DNA of 40,314 nucleotides from the NCBI GenBank assembly GCA_038241515.1, contig JBBSDO010000001.1:1-40314 (forward strand), given 5' to 3'. The DNA is from Elusimicrobiota bacterium. Its GTDB lineage: Bacteria > Elusimicrobiota > Elusimicrobia > 2-01-FULL-59-12. Each line of letters opens with the position of its first letter. Within the stretch, counting starts at the first letter, position 1. Of this stretch, positions 16,303 to 24,554 are shown piece by piece. The translations under genes and the position numbers were made by a program. The notes under the pieces are model-generated. The model searched no databases, was not told the origin of the DNA, and saw only the letters and a program-made list of their open reading frames with translations.

Positions 16303-17478
16303 ATGGCACTATCCAAATGGTGTATTTACACATATGATTCGCGCGCAACGTCATCGGTCCCTAGAATCCAATCCGCTTCTGTGAAACCGGCATCTTTCCG
16401 CGCGGCCACGTTCCGATTCCTGGAACTCGTTCTTCTTCTCGGCTTATCTTCGGGGGCACGTCCAGCCGCCGCTCAATCGGGCACCGAAGCGGCTTCCTTT
16501 TTAGATATTCCTGTCGGGGCGGGACCGGCGGCGCTGGGTTCGGCCTATAGCGCCCGAGCGACTGACGCCTACGCTCCCGTATGGAATCCCGCTGGACTAG
16601 GTTTCCTTTCGGAGACCCAGGTGGCAGCGCAACACCTCGCCTACTTGGGATCCGTTCACTATGAATTTTTAAGTTTTGTTCAGCCCCTGGGTAAAGACGC
16701 GCATCAAGCTATCGGCGGGGCGGCTCAGTACCTCGGCACCGGCGATATTTCAGCGACGGATGCTTTTGGTCGCAGCCTGGGCACTTACTCGGGACATTTC
16801 GCCGCTTATTCGCTGGCCTATGGACGCTCATTGGGAGACTCTTTTTCCCTAGGACTCACGGCGAAGTTGGTGGACGCGAAGATCGGCGATTTTTCTGCCC
16901 AGGCTTTTGCTGTTGACGCTGGGGCGCTCGCTCATCTCACGAATCGTTTGTCGATGAGCGGCGTGGTCACGAACCTAGGCACAGACCTCAAGTTTGTCTC
17001 AGAACACGATAGACTTCCGCTGGCTTTGCGCAGTGGATTGGCCTATCAAGTCGCCAACCGGTGGAACCTCTCGCTCGAGGGCGTGTATCGAAATCAAGGG
17101 CTCTGGAGCGGACACACCGGTGTCGAATGGCGGCCCCTTGATCTTCTGGCGCTTCGCGCGGGCTATAAAACGGACACGCTGCGTGGACTGGGGCCGGTGG
17201 CCGGGGTCACCGCAGGCCTGGGGCTATGTCTCTGGGGACAGGAATTTTCCTACGCCTGGTCTCCCTACGACGATCTTGGCACCTCTCAATATTTCTCACT
17301 CGTTCTGCGCTTCGGCGAAGATAAAAACAAGCGGCGCAACCTCATCCACTACCAATCGATTAAACGTCATCGTCTGGTTGAGGACCCTTCCGCGGGAGGG
17401 AACTTCGCTGATCCCGATGTCCCGTCCGTTCTCGAGCTGCTCGGCGATGGGGAAAAAGAAAAGGTGGTCGGACTATGA
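16303..17478 (+). CDS. PorV/PorQ-like (FadL-like) outer-membrane beta-barrel protein. The likely true start is GTG 16381.
   Basis: From 16381 the signal peptide is MKPASFRAATFRFLELVLLLGLSSGARPAAA. FLDIPVGAGPAALGSAYSARATDAYAPVWNPAGLGF is the hallmark N-terminal motif. Amphipathic strands alternate, with an aromatic-rich end (YFSLVLRF) followed by a charged tail. Confidence 0.6.
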   Translation: MALSKWCIYTYDSRATSSVPRIQSASVKPASFRAATFRFLELVLLLGLSSGARPAAAQSGTEAASFLDIPVGAGPAALGSAYSARATDAYAPVWNPAGLGFLSETQVAAQHLAYLGSVHYEFLSFVQPLGKDAHQAIGGAAQYLGTGDISATDAFGRSLGTYSGHFAAYSLAYGRSLGDSFSLGLTAKLVDAKIGDFSAQAFAVDAGALAHLTNRLSMSGVVTNLGTDLKFVSEHDRLPLALRSGLAYQVANRWNLSLEGVYRNQGLWSGHTGVEWRPLDLLALRAGYKTDTLRGLGPVAGVTAGLGLCLWGQEFSYAWSPYDDLGTSQYFSLVLRFGEDKNKRRNLIHYQSIKRHRLVEDPSAGGNFADPDVPSVLELLGDGEKEKVVGL

Positions 17479-20400
17479 AGTTCCGGGCCATCGGCGGCAT
17501 TCTCCTGAGTATTCTCTTTTGTGGCACGATCGCTCGAGCGACGGCCTGCCAATTGGACAGCGAATGTTCATCTCAAGAGTATTGCGACTCTCCTTCAGCA
17601 ACCTGCCGCGCGCTCTTGTGCGAGGAAAATATCAATTGCTTCACGGGATCGCGCTGCTGCGGAAATACCCTTGGCCAGAGCCCGTCGGGGGTCATCACCA
17701 ATGGGCGCTGCCAAAGTGATTGCAGCCAAACGATTAGCCAGGCGCCTTCGGCCGACCCGGCTCCCCAAAGTTGCGCGGACCTTGGCGGGGGTGGGATTTT
17801 TGGCGACGCCTGTCAGCTCTGCAACCCGGCTTGTTCGGGAAGCTGTACTCAAGGGGTTTGGGATTGTTTCACCTGCCGCGTCGCAGTACCGTCTTGTCCG
17901 CTTCAAGCCGTTTCGCTATCGCTGAGCGAACCGCAAGAGGGGCAGATTTTCCCCAATGGTTCTTCTATACACATCGTCACCCAGCTCGTCGATCCCGACG
18001 GCCAAGCGAAATCGGTAAGTATAAATCAGGGGGGCGTCTCCTTGTGCGACGGGCCCCTCCCCCAATGTCTGGATTTCCAATGGTCGGGAGCCTCGAGCGG
18101 TACCTATCAAATTGGGGCGCGGGCTTTCGGCGCGGCGGGTAACTTACTGGCCGACAGCGGGAACGCGCTCACGGTGACGATTACGCCGGACAAGACACCT
18201 GTTTACCGGCCGGCGGCTACAGCACCGACTTTAAGTTCACTCTCTCCGAGCAACGCACGCGTAGGCTCAGGGGCTTTCACCCTCAATGTGATGGGCGCCA
18301 ATTTTCTTCCCACTTCCATCGTGAGGTGGAACGGCACGGATCGTCCCACGCTGTATGTGGATCCCGGTACTTTGCAGGCGTCTATTTCCGCCGATGATCT
18401 GTCGACTCGCGGATTTGTGCCTGTGACTGTTTTCAACCCAGGCGCAGGAGGCAGCCTCTCCGGTCCACTGACTTTTGCCGTCCGGCTCGCCCCGACCCTC
18501 GACAGCATTTCGCCTAGTGCGGCTCCCATAGGCTCGGGTGACGTGGTTCTCACCGTGCTCGGATCTAATTTTGTCCCGGAGGCAACGGTTCAATGGAATG
18601 GCGTGGATAAACCGACCACCTTTCTCGACTCAGGACGCTTAACGGCCATTATTCCCGCCGCCGACCTCGCGGTATCGGGTAGTTACTTTGTAACGGTTTT
18701 TAATCCGGCTCCCGGCGGGCCTTCACTTCCCAAAACGTTCACGGTCGTGCAGGCGGCAAGCGCCAGTTGCGGCACTTCCACTAACCCGATCGTGGCTGAG
18801 AACTGCAAGCCGGGAAGCCCATCGAGCGAATGGGAGGTCCCAGCGCCCTTAGACACAAGCATCCAGGGCTTCACCACCGATATCTCCTGGAATAAGGGCG
18901 ACACCGTGCTTTTCAAAATCAAAACGGACGCGTCGTCCTACCACATCGACATTTATCGCATGGGTTACTACGGCGGCTTGGGCGCACGCAAGGTCGCTTC
19001 GATCAGTCCGGCAGCTACCCTGCCCCAGACCCAACCGGACTGTTTGCGCGATGACGCGACGACTGGACTGATTGATTGCGGCAACTGGTCGGAGTCGGCC
19101 TCCTGGGCGATCCCAGGGGACGCGGTGTCAGGACTTTATTTTGCCAAACTGATTCGCGACGACAACGCCCGTTCGAGCCATGTCCCTTTCATCGTGCGCG
19201 ATGACGCCAGCCGCTCGGCGATCTTGTTCCAAACCTCCGATACGACCTGGGCGGCTTACAACGCTTACGGCGGCAACAGTTTGTATGTAGGGAAGCCGGC
19301 GGGACGTGCTTTCAAAGTGAGCTACAATCGGCCCTTTATAGATCGGCCCACTTACGCATTTATCTTCGATCACGAATACCCGATGATCCGCTGGCTCGAG
19401 TCGAACGGCTATGACGTCAGCTATTTGAGCGGCGTCGATTCGGACCGCCGCGGCGCAGGTATTCGCAATCATCGGGTGTTTTTGTCCGTCGGTCACGATG
19501 AATACTGGTCAGGCGCTCAGCGTTCCAATGTGGAAGACGCCCGCGCCAGCGGCGTTCACCTGGCCTTCTTCAGCGGAAACTCCATTTACTGGAAAACGCG
19601 CTGGGAAAATAGCGCGGACGGGACCGATACCCCTTATCGCACGCTCGTTTGTTACAAAGAAACCTACGGAGGGATTGATCCTCTCAATCCTCCCATCTGG
19701 ACGGGAGCCTGGCGCGACCCCAAAAACAGCCCGCCCTCTGATGGGGGTCGTCCAGAAAACGCCCTGACAGGTCTTCTCTGGTCGGTGGATTCCTTTCGAA
19801 GCGATCCCCTTGCGGTCCCTGCCGAGTTAGGCAAACTGAGGCTGTGGAGAAATACGTCCGTCGCCACTTTAGATCCGAATACGACCGCGGTTTTCCCTGG
19901 TCTTTTAGGTTACGAATGGGACGAAGATAGTGACAATGGGGCCCGCCCCGCTGGCCTTTTTCAACTCTCGGCGTCCACTATAAACGTTCCTCGCCACACA
20001 ACCGACTTTGGCGTCACATTTCAGCCGGCGGCGGTCACCCATCATTTAACGCTTTACCGGAGCGCGAGCGGGGCGCTCGTTTTTGGGGCGGGCACGATGC
20101 AATGGAGTTGGGGGTTGGATAATACGCATGATAACGGAACGCGCACGGCGGCGGATAGTCGCATTCAGCAGGCGACGATAAATCTTTTAACGGACATGGG
20201 GGTCGCGCCGGCAACGCCGCAAGCGGGCTATGTAGTGGACAGCCCATCGGCGGATCGTCAATCGCCTGTTTCCTCAGTTACAAGCCCGACGGCCGACGCG
20301 ACCATTTCGCTATCAGCACCTACTTCAATACAAGGAACTGCCACGGACGTTGGGGGAGGCGTGGTCGGAGGCGTGGAGGTCTCCGTAGACGGCGGAGCTT

Positions 20401-21419
20401 CGTGGCATTTCGCCCTTGGGCGAGAAAACTGGCGATACGACTGGACGCCTTCGGCGACCGGATCTATAACGATCCTCAGCCGAGCGGTGGATGACAGCGG
20501 AAACTTGGAAACAAATCCCCTGGCGCGTGCGGTTACCGTCACGGGTGTCGTATCCAACCTCGCGCCCACTCTTTCCGCTTTGGCCCCTTCCAATAGTGTT
20601 GTGGGGGGACCTGATTTCACCTTGACCGTCACGGGAAACGGTTTTGCCAACGGCTCTTCCGTGCAATGGAATGGACAGGCGAGGCCTACGACTTATGTAA
20701 GTGAAAGCCAATTGACGGCCGTAATACCTTCATCCGATTTGCAAAATCGCGCATTTGTTCCGGTGACCGTCTTCACTCCCGCCCCTGGCGGAGGCACCTC
20801 GTCCTCAAAAACCTTTACAGTTCGGCTGGTCCCGCAAATCACGGCTCTCGATCCCAGCGCCGTCCTGGCGGGAGGGCCCTCCTTTACCTTGACCGTTACC
20901 GGCCAACACTTTGTGAGCGACGCTGTCGTACAGTGGAACGGGTCAGACCGACCCACCACTTTTGTGAGCGACACCCAGTTATCGGCGTCCATTCCCGCCG
21001 CTGATATCGCCGTGGTGGGCTCCGCTAACATTACGGTCTTCAATCCCGCGCCGGGCGGTCCATCCGGGCCTCAAACGTTTACCATAAGCAACTCCGCGTC
21101 AGTCGGACATGGGGCGGCCTCTCTTTCAGGAGTCGGTGTAGTCGGTGAATTCCGTGACGTGCTTGTCTATCCCAACCCTTGGCGGGCGGACGTCCACAAG
21201 AATCCATTGATTTTGTTTCAGAACTTGCCGACCGGAAGCACGGTGGATCTCTTCACCTTGTCCGGACACTGGATTCGCCAACTTGATGTGGTATCGGGCC
21301 TAGCGCAATGGGACCTGCGCAACGACCAGGGCGAGCGTGCCGCCTCCGGCTTTTACTCCTATTTGATTCGCGCCTCCAACAAACGCACGAGTCAAGGCCT
21401 CGTAGGAGTGGTCCGCTAA
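17475..21419 (+). CDS. 1,314-aa secreted mosaic protein. Domain order: signal peptide, Cys-rich head, Ig-like, 2x IPT/TIG, N,N-dimethylformamidase-beta-subunit-like domain, Ig-like, 2x IPT/TIG, T9SS-type C-terminal sorting domain.
   Basis: The signal peptide is MKFRAIGGILLSILFCGTIARA. About 21 Cys occur in roughly the first 130 mature residues. The core has IDIYRMGYYGGLGARKV, SGLYFAKL, FIVRDD, TTWAAYNAYGGNSLY and VGHDEYWS...AFFSGNSIYWKTRWE. The C-terminus is VLVYPNPW...DLFTLSGHWIRQL...WDLRNDQGERAASGFYSYLIRA. Confidence 0.85.
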   Translation: MKFRAIGGILLSILFCGTIARATACQLDSECSSQEYCDSPSATCRALLCEENINCFTGSRCCGNTLGQSPSGVITNGRCQSDCSQTISQAPSADPAPQSCADLGGGGIFGDACQLCNPACSGSCTQGVWDCFTCRVAVPSCPLQAVSLSLSEPQEGQIFPNGSSIHIVTQLVDPDGQAKSVSINQGGVSLCDGPLPQCLDFQWSGASSGTYQIGARAFGAAGNLLADSGNALTVTITPDKTPVYRPAATAPTLSSLSPSNARVGSGAFTLNVMGANFLPTSIVRWNGTDRPTLYVDPGTLQASISADDLSTRGFVPVTVFNPGAGGSLSGPLTFAVRLAPTLDSISPSAAPIGSGDVVLTVLGSNFVPEATVQWNGVDKPTTFLDSGRLTAIIPAADLAVSGSYFVTVFNPAPGGPSLPKTFTVVQAASASCGTSTNPIVAENCKPGSPSSEWEVPAPLDTSIQGFTTDISWNKGDTVLFKIKTDASSYHIDIYRMGYYGGLGARKVASISPAATLPQTQPDCLRDDATTGLIDCGNWSESASWAIPGDAVSGLYFAKLIRDDNARSSHVPFIVRDDASRSAILFQTSDTTWAAYNAYGGNSLYVGKPAGRAFKVSYNRPFIDRPTYAFIFDHEYPMIRWLESNGYDVSYLSGVDSDRRGAGIRNHRVFLSVGHDEYWSGAQRSNVEDARASGVHLAFFSGNSIYWKTRWENSADGTDTPYRTLVCYKETYGGIDPLNPPIWTGAWRDPKNSPPSDGGRPENALTGLLWSVDSFRSDPLAVPAELGKLRLWRNTSVATLDPNTTAVFPGLLGYEWDEDSDNGARPAGLFQLSASTINVPRHTTDFGVTFQPAAVTHHLTLYRSASGALVFGAGTMQWSWGLDNTHDNGTRTAADSRIQQATINLLTDMGVAPATPQAGYVVDSPSADRQSPVSSVTSPTADATISLSAPTSIQGTATDVGGGVVGGVEVSVDGGASWHFALGRENWRYDWTPSATGSITILSRAVDDSGNLETNPLARAVTVTGVVSNLAPTLSALAPSNSVVGGPDFTLTVTGNGFANGSSVQWNGQARPTTYVSESQLTAVIPSSDLQNRAFVPVTVFTPAPGGGTSSSKTFTVRLVPQITALDPSAVLAGGPSFTLTVTGQHFVSDAVVQWNGSDRPTTFVSDTQLSASIPAADIAVVGSANITVFNPAPGGPSGPQTFTISNSASVGHGAASLSGVGVVGEFRDVLVYPNPWRADVHKNPLILFQNLPTGSTVDLFTLSGHWIRQLDVVSGLAQWDLRNDQGERAASGFYSYLIRASNKRTSQGLVGVVR
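18225..18750 (+). repeat. Tandem pair of IPT/TIG-like modules, about 88 aa each (intragenic)
   Basis: PTLSSLSPSNARVGSGAFTLNVMGANF..VRWNG..VTVFNPGAGG is followed by PTLDSISPSAAPIGSGDVVLTVLGSNF..VQWNG..VTVFNPAPGG. Confidence 0.8.
20565..21090 (+). repeat. Second tandem pair of IPT/TIG-like modules (intragenic)
   Basis: PTLSALAPSNSVVGGPDFTLTVTGNGF..VQWNG..VTVFTPAPGG is followed by PQITALDPSAVLAGGPSFTLTVTGQHF..VQWNG..ITVFNPAPGG. Confidence 0.8.
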
Positions 21420-21780
21420 TCCGGAATCCCCATTTAGGCTGAATGAAGAGGGCCTTGGGTTTCGAAAGTATTCTCTCGCCAAACCTCTGCCGGCCGGCAG
21501 GCGCCACGTTCGCCCACAAAGTCAACAACACTCTGATTCTGGTCTCTGAAAACTGTGCGCCTATCGGCAGGCACATTGCGAGGCCTAAACCCTCTGGCTT
21601 TTCGGCCCAGGGAAAAGAGAACTTTTCTTTACAGGAACGTAACTCACGGGTCGTACCTTATTAAAGAGTCAATCGGCTACCTTTCCTCTAGGGAGATTTC
21701 CTCCAGTTAAAGAGTCTGCCAGCGACAAAACAATAAAAGTTAAAGGGAGAACCACGAACATACGGCAGCTGAGCGGTAGT

Positions 21781-22740
21781 TTGTTTTTGACTGGCATAAT
21801 GATTCAGACTCTGGGGGCCGTTTCGATCGTGCTAAATCCGACAACCGTAGCGCCCGGTCAGTCTTCAGTAGGCACCGTGACTCTGAGCGCACCCGCGCCA
21901 GCCGGAGGCGCCGTGATCGCTTTGGCGGGTGAACACCCCTGCTGTTTATTGGTACCCGCGAACATCACTATCGCGGAAAATCAAACTTCAGCCCAATTTT
22001 CGGTGGGAACAACGAACATTGGCCAGCCTTACGCGGGTTGGGTTTCCGCCAGCTACAGCGGAAGCACCCAGCAAGCGATCCTCTCAGTGCAACAGACTGC
22101 AGGGGCCACTGTCGCGTCGCTTGTGCTTAGTCCATCCACTGTCACTCCTGGCCAGTCCACTACGGCCACCGTGAGCTTGAGCGGCCCTGCGCCTGCGGGA
22201 GGGGCTTCCGTGTCTCTGGGGGTTCAACACACTTGCTGTATATTGTTGACGGCCTTTACGGTCGTTGTACCGCAGAACCAGACGTCCGCCCAATTCTCGG
22301 TTACGGGTAAGGACATTGGGCAGTCCTACGCAGGCTTTGTATCCGCCAGCTACGGCGGCGCGAGCCAGCAGGCGATACTTAATGTATCGAACGTGACTGC
22401 AACCCCACTCAGCGCATGTACGGAGATCCGATCTGCCGGCAATTACATCTTGACCAGTGACATCACGGACAATCTTCCCGGCCAAAACGTGGCCTGCATT
22501 AGCATCAAGTCTACTTCGGGAGTCACTCTGGATTGCCAAGGGCACAATATCTCCGACTTAGACACGACGGGCGGCATCAACCTCAGCATCCAGGCGTCAG
22601 GCAATGTGTCCGTAAGCAATTGCACCTTTCGCCTGCAGCCAGGCGGTGCCAAAGCTTCTGCGGTCTCCATTGTTAGCGGAAGCTATCTCACGCTGACCAA
22701 TAACGTGATCGGAGATACCGGGATGGCTAACTCGGACTGA
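21781..22740 (+). CDS. 5' fragment of a right-handed beta-helix surface protein (two Ig-like repeats then the first beta-helix coils), apparently truncated by a mobile element
   Basis: CTEIRSAGNYILTSDI..ISIKSTSGVTLDCQGHNIS..SGNVSVSNCTF..YLTLTNNVIG is the parallel beta-helix (NosD/pectate-lyase-like) pattern. The stop codon (22738-22740) lies inside the left inverted repeat of the element. Confidence 0.6.
   Translation: MFLTGIMIQTLGAVSIVLNPTTVAPGQSSVGTVTLSAPAPAGGAVIALAGEHPCCLLVPANITIAENQTSAQFSVGTTNIGQPYAGWVSASYSGSTQQAILSVQQTAGATVASLVLSPSTVTPGQSTTATVSLSGPAPAGGASVSLGVQHTCCILLTAFTVVVPQNQTSAQFSVTGKDIGQSYAGFVSASYGGASQQAILNVSNVTATPLSACTEIRSAGNYILTSDITDNLPGQNVACISIKSTSGVTLDCQGHNISDLDTTGGINLSIQASGNVSVSNCTFRLQPGGAKASAVSIVSGSYLTLTNNVIGDTGMANSD
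21826..22413 (+). repeat. Intragenic tandem duplication, 2 x about 98 aa Ig-like module
   Basis: IVLNPTTVAPGQSSVGTVTLSAPAPAGGAV...NQTSAQFSV...SASYSGSTQQAILSV aligns with LVLSPSTVTPGQSTTATVSLSGPAPAGGAS...NQTSAQFSV...SASYGGASQQAILNV. Confidence 0.8.
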
Positions 22741-22754
22741 AGTACTCCCCGGTG

Positions 22755-23252
22755 TCAAGACATTATTCCATGGTGTTTAAGATGAAGCCTTCCTTGTCGT
22801 TGACGTTCCGTCCCGCGAGTTTTTAGTTTGCTTTTGTCGCTCACATTTTTTGCTTTACCGAAGCGCGTAGAGCATCTTCGATCGTGTATCGAATCATGGT
22901 CCCGGAGGGACGGTCCATCCTTCGATAATTCCTTGAGGCGCGTCTGTAAAAGCTCCTGGCCTTCTTCTCCCATCCCTGCCAGAACGTTTGTCGCCGTCAT
23001 GGCAGTAACGACGTCTTTGTCATCGAGCATCTGAGCCAGAAGTGGTAGATCCGCCTTCGTCACGGCGCTTGCGAGCGCCTCAACGGTATACCTGTTCATT
23101 CCCCGTGTCACATGACCGTAGCCCACATGGCGGTTCACGACACTTTTCAACTGATCGTATCGAGAAAAAGGATTCCAGATCATGCCGCATCCACGCAGAA
23201 TGTACAGGCCGACCATAAGTAGCGCACAATAAATCAGATGTCTTAATCTCAT
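22755..23252 (-). CDS. Hypothetical membrane-anchored protein with possible HEAT-like helical repeat, a passenger ORF inside the IS. The ORF track extends to 23381; ATG 23252 is preferred.
   Basis: From 23252 the N-terminus is MRLRHLIYCALLMVGLYILRG (TM anchor). DLPLLAQMLDDKDVVTAMTATNVLAGMGEEGQELL is HEAT-like. The longer version would overlap the orfB 3' end in another frame. Confidence 0.45.
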   Translation of the reverse strand: MRLRHLIYCALLMVGLYILRGCGMIWNPFSRYDQLKSVVNRHVGYGHVTRGMNRYTVEALASAVTKADLPLLAQMLDDKDVVTAMTATNVLAGMGEEGQELLQTRLKELSKDGPSLRDHDSIHDRRCSTRFGKAKNVSDKSKLKTRGTERQRQGRLHLKHHGIMS

Positions 23253-23274
23253 TGCATCTCCGAATGGGGCCAAG

Positions 23275-24291
23275 TCATGCGGCCATCTCTGTATAGGTGT
23301 CCTGCGGTTTGACTCCGTAGACCTCCTGCGGCGTCTGGTAATCCAGCGACTGATGAAGCCGTTCGCTGTTATAGAACTCAAAATACCTCTTGAGCCCTTC
23401 CATGGCTTCCTCGACAGTCGCGTAGTCGTGCAAGAAAACCTCCTCGTACTTGACGCTGCGCCAGAGCCGTTCTACGAACACGTTGTCGAGTGCCCTGCCT
23501 CGGCCATCCATGCTGATCTGCGCCCCGGCCGCCTTCAGCAGATTCGTGAAGGCCATGCATGTAAACTGCGATCCCTGGTCCGTATTGAAAATACCCGGCA
23601 CCCCGTATAGCCGAATGGCCTGATCCAACGCCTCAATACAGAAGTCGCTTTCCATCGTCACCGACAGGCCCCAGCTCAGCACGTACCGACTGTGCCAGTC
23701 GATCACCGCCACCAGATACACAAACCCCCGCTTGAGCCGGATGTAGGTGATGTCCGTGCTCCACACCTGATTCGGCTTCAGGATCGCCAGGCCCTTGAGC
23801 AGGTATGGGTAGATCTTGTGCCCGGGCGCCGGCTTGCTTAAGTTCTTCTTCGGATACAGCGCCTCAAGCCCCATCTCCCGCAGAAGCCGTCGAACCCGTT
23901 TGACGTTCACGGTTTCCTTGAGCCTCTTGAGCCATTCCGTCATCCGTAGGACCCCGTAGAACGGCGTCTTTAGATATTGCTCGTCCAAAAGCCTCTTGAG
24001 CCGCAGATCCTCGGGATCGGCAGGCTTGGGCTCGTAGTACCACATCGAGCGCACCAGCCCTACCAAGTCACATTGCCGCTGCAGACTGATCTGCGGATGC
24101 CTAGGCTCAATGAGCTTCCGTAAGCCCTCGTTGTCCGTCAGCCTACTTTTTTTTTGAGCCAGTCCAACTCCACCTTCAGCTGTCCGATCTGCTGGTATAA
24201 CGTCGCCGTCAGATCCTCCTGCTCCCGCACCGCCGAACTGCGGCGGCTCGAAAACAGCTGAACCAATTCTTCCAGCGCCTTTTTCTTCCAC
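23275..24291 (-). CDS. IS3-family transposase OrfB (DDE/rve integrase domain), expressed as an OrfAB fusion by a -1 frameshift
   Basis: The DDE triad contexts are WSTDITYI, FNTDQGSQF and VFVERLWRSVKYEEV. The frame entered after the A9 run reads ..AQKKSRLTDNEGL.. Confidence 0.9.
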   Translation of the reverse strand: MEEKGAGRIGSAVFEPPQFGGAGAGGSDGDVIPADRTAEGGVGLAQKKSRLTDNEGLRKLIEPRHPQISLQRQCDLVGLVRSMWYYEPKPADPEDLRLKRLLDEQYLKTPFYGVLRMTEWLKRLKETVNVKRVRRLLREMGLEALYPKKNLSKPAPGHKIYPYLLKGLAILKPNQVWSTDITYIRLKRGFVYLVAVIDWHSRYVLSWGLSVTMESDFCIEALDQAIRLYGVPGIFNTDQGSQFTCMAFTNLLKAAGAQISMDGRGRALDNVFVERLWRSVKYEEVFLHDYATVEEAMEGLKRYFEFYNSERLHQSLDYQTPQEVYGVKPQDTYTEMAA

Positions 24292-24434
24292 ATCCCGATC
24301 TGCGTGGCATGCACCCCGTACATCGAGGCCAGTTCAGACGCCGTGTGCTGCCCTTTGATCGCCGCGATCACGACCTTGGCTTTTGTCTCCGCGCTGTGCT
24401 GTTTGCGTCCATTGAGGGTTCCCATGGTACTCAT
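24138..24434 (-). CDS. IS3-family transposase OrfA (HTH)
   Basis: It has RKQHSAETKAKVVIAAIKGQHTASELASMYGVHATQIGMWKKK (HTH_Tnp_1-like) and a leucine-zipper-like tail. The ORF ends ..DWLKKKVG just after the slippery run. Confidence 0.9.
   Translation of the reverse strand: MSTMGTLNGRKQHSAETKAKVVIAAIKGQHTASELASMYGVHATQIGMWKKKALEELVQLFSSRRSSAVREQEDLTATLYQQIGQLKVELDWLKKKVG
24147..24155 (-). promoter_or_regulatory. Programmed -1 ribosomal frameshift site (A9 run, CTC AAA AAA AAA GTA in the orfA frame)
   Basis: There are nine consecutive T on the + strand (A on the coding strand). The A-AAA-AAA type heptamer sits in the orfA/orfB overlap, as in many IS3 members. Confidence 0.75.
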
Positions 24435-24554
24435 CGTATCTCCTTGGGCGGGAGAACGCCATCCGTCAGAAAAACTTACTCTTAGGCGGCTGTCCTGTTT
24501 TCGGGGAGTATTTTAGACCATATCACTCTCCGAGGAAATACCGTTCTTGGCTCC

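Larger units (their letters stand above)
22733..24520 (-). mobile_element. IS3-family insertion sequence (orfA/orfB with -1 frameshift) carrying one additional downstream ORF. Ends are approximate (+/-10 bp).
   Basis: Imperfect terminal inverted repeats GGACTGAAGTACTCCCCGGTGTCAAGACA (22734-22762) and the reverse complement of 24491-24519 (GGTCTAAAATACTCCCCGAAAACAGGACA) match at 21 of 29 positions with a 9-nt perfect core. The transposase-proximal end begins TG. Confidence 0.7.

Noticed and set aside
16994-17719. 241-aa + strand ORF spanning the barrel/cargo junction.
   Set aside because: It is out of frame with two well-supported genes, and its composition is shadow-like.
21487-21500. 14-bp loopless palindrome CTGCCGGCCGGCAG downstream of the giant gene.
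   Set aside because: It has no loop and no T-run, so it is unlikely to be an intrinsic terminator. It could be a restriction-type or protein-binding site, but there is nothing to support that.
23253-23381. Upstream extension of the passenger ORF to 23381.
   Set aside because: It overlaps the orfB 3' end in another frame and is Arg-rich. The internal ATG 23252 gives a clean TM anchor.
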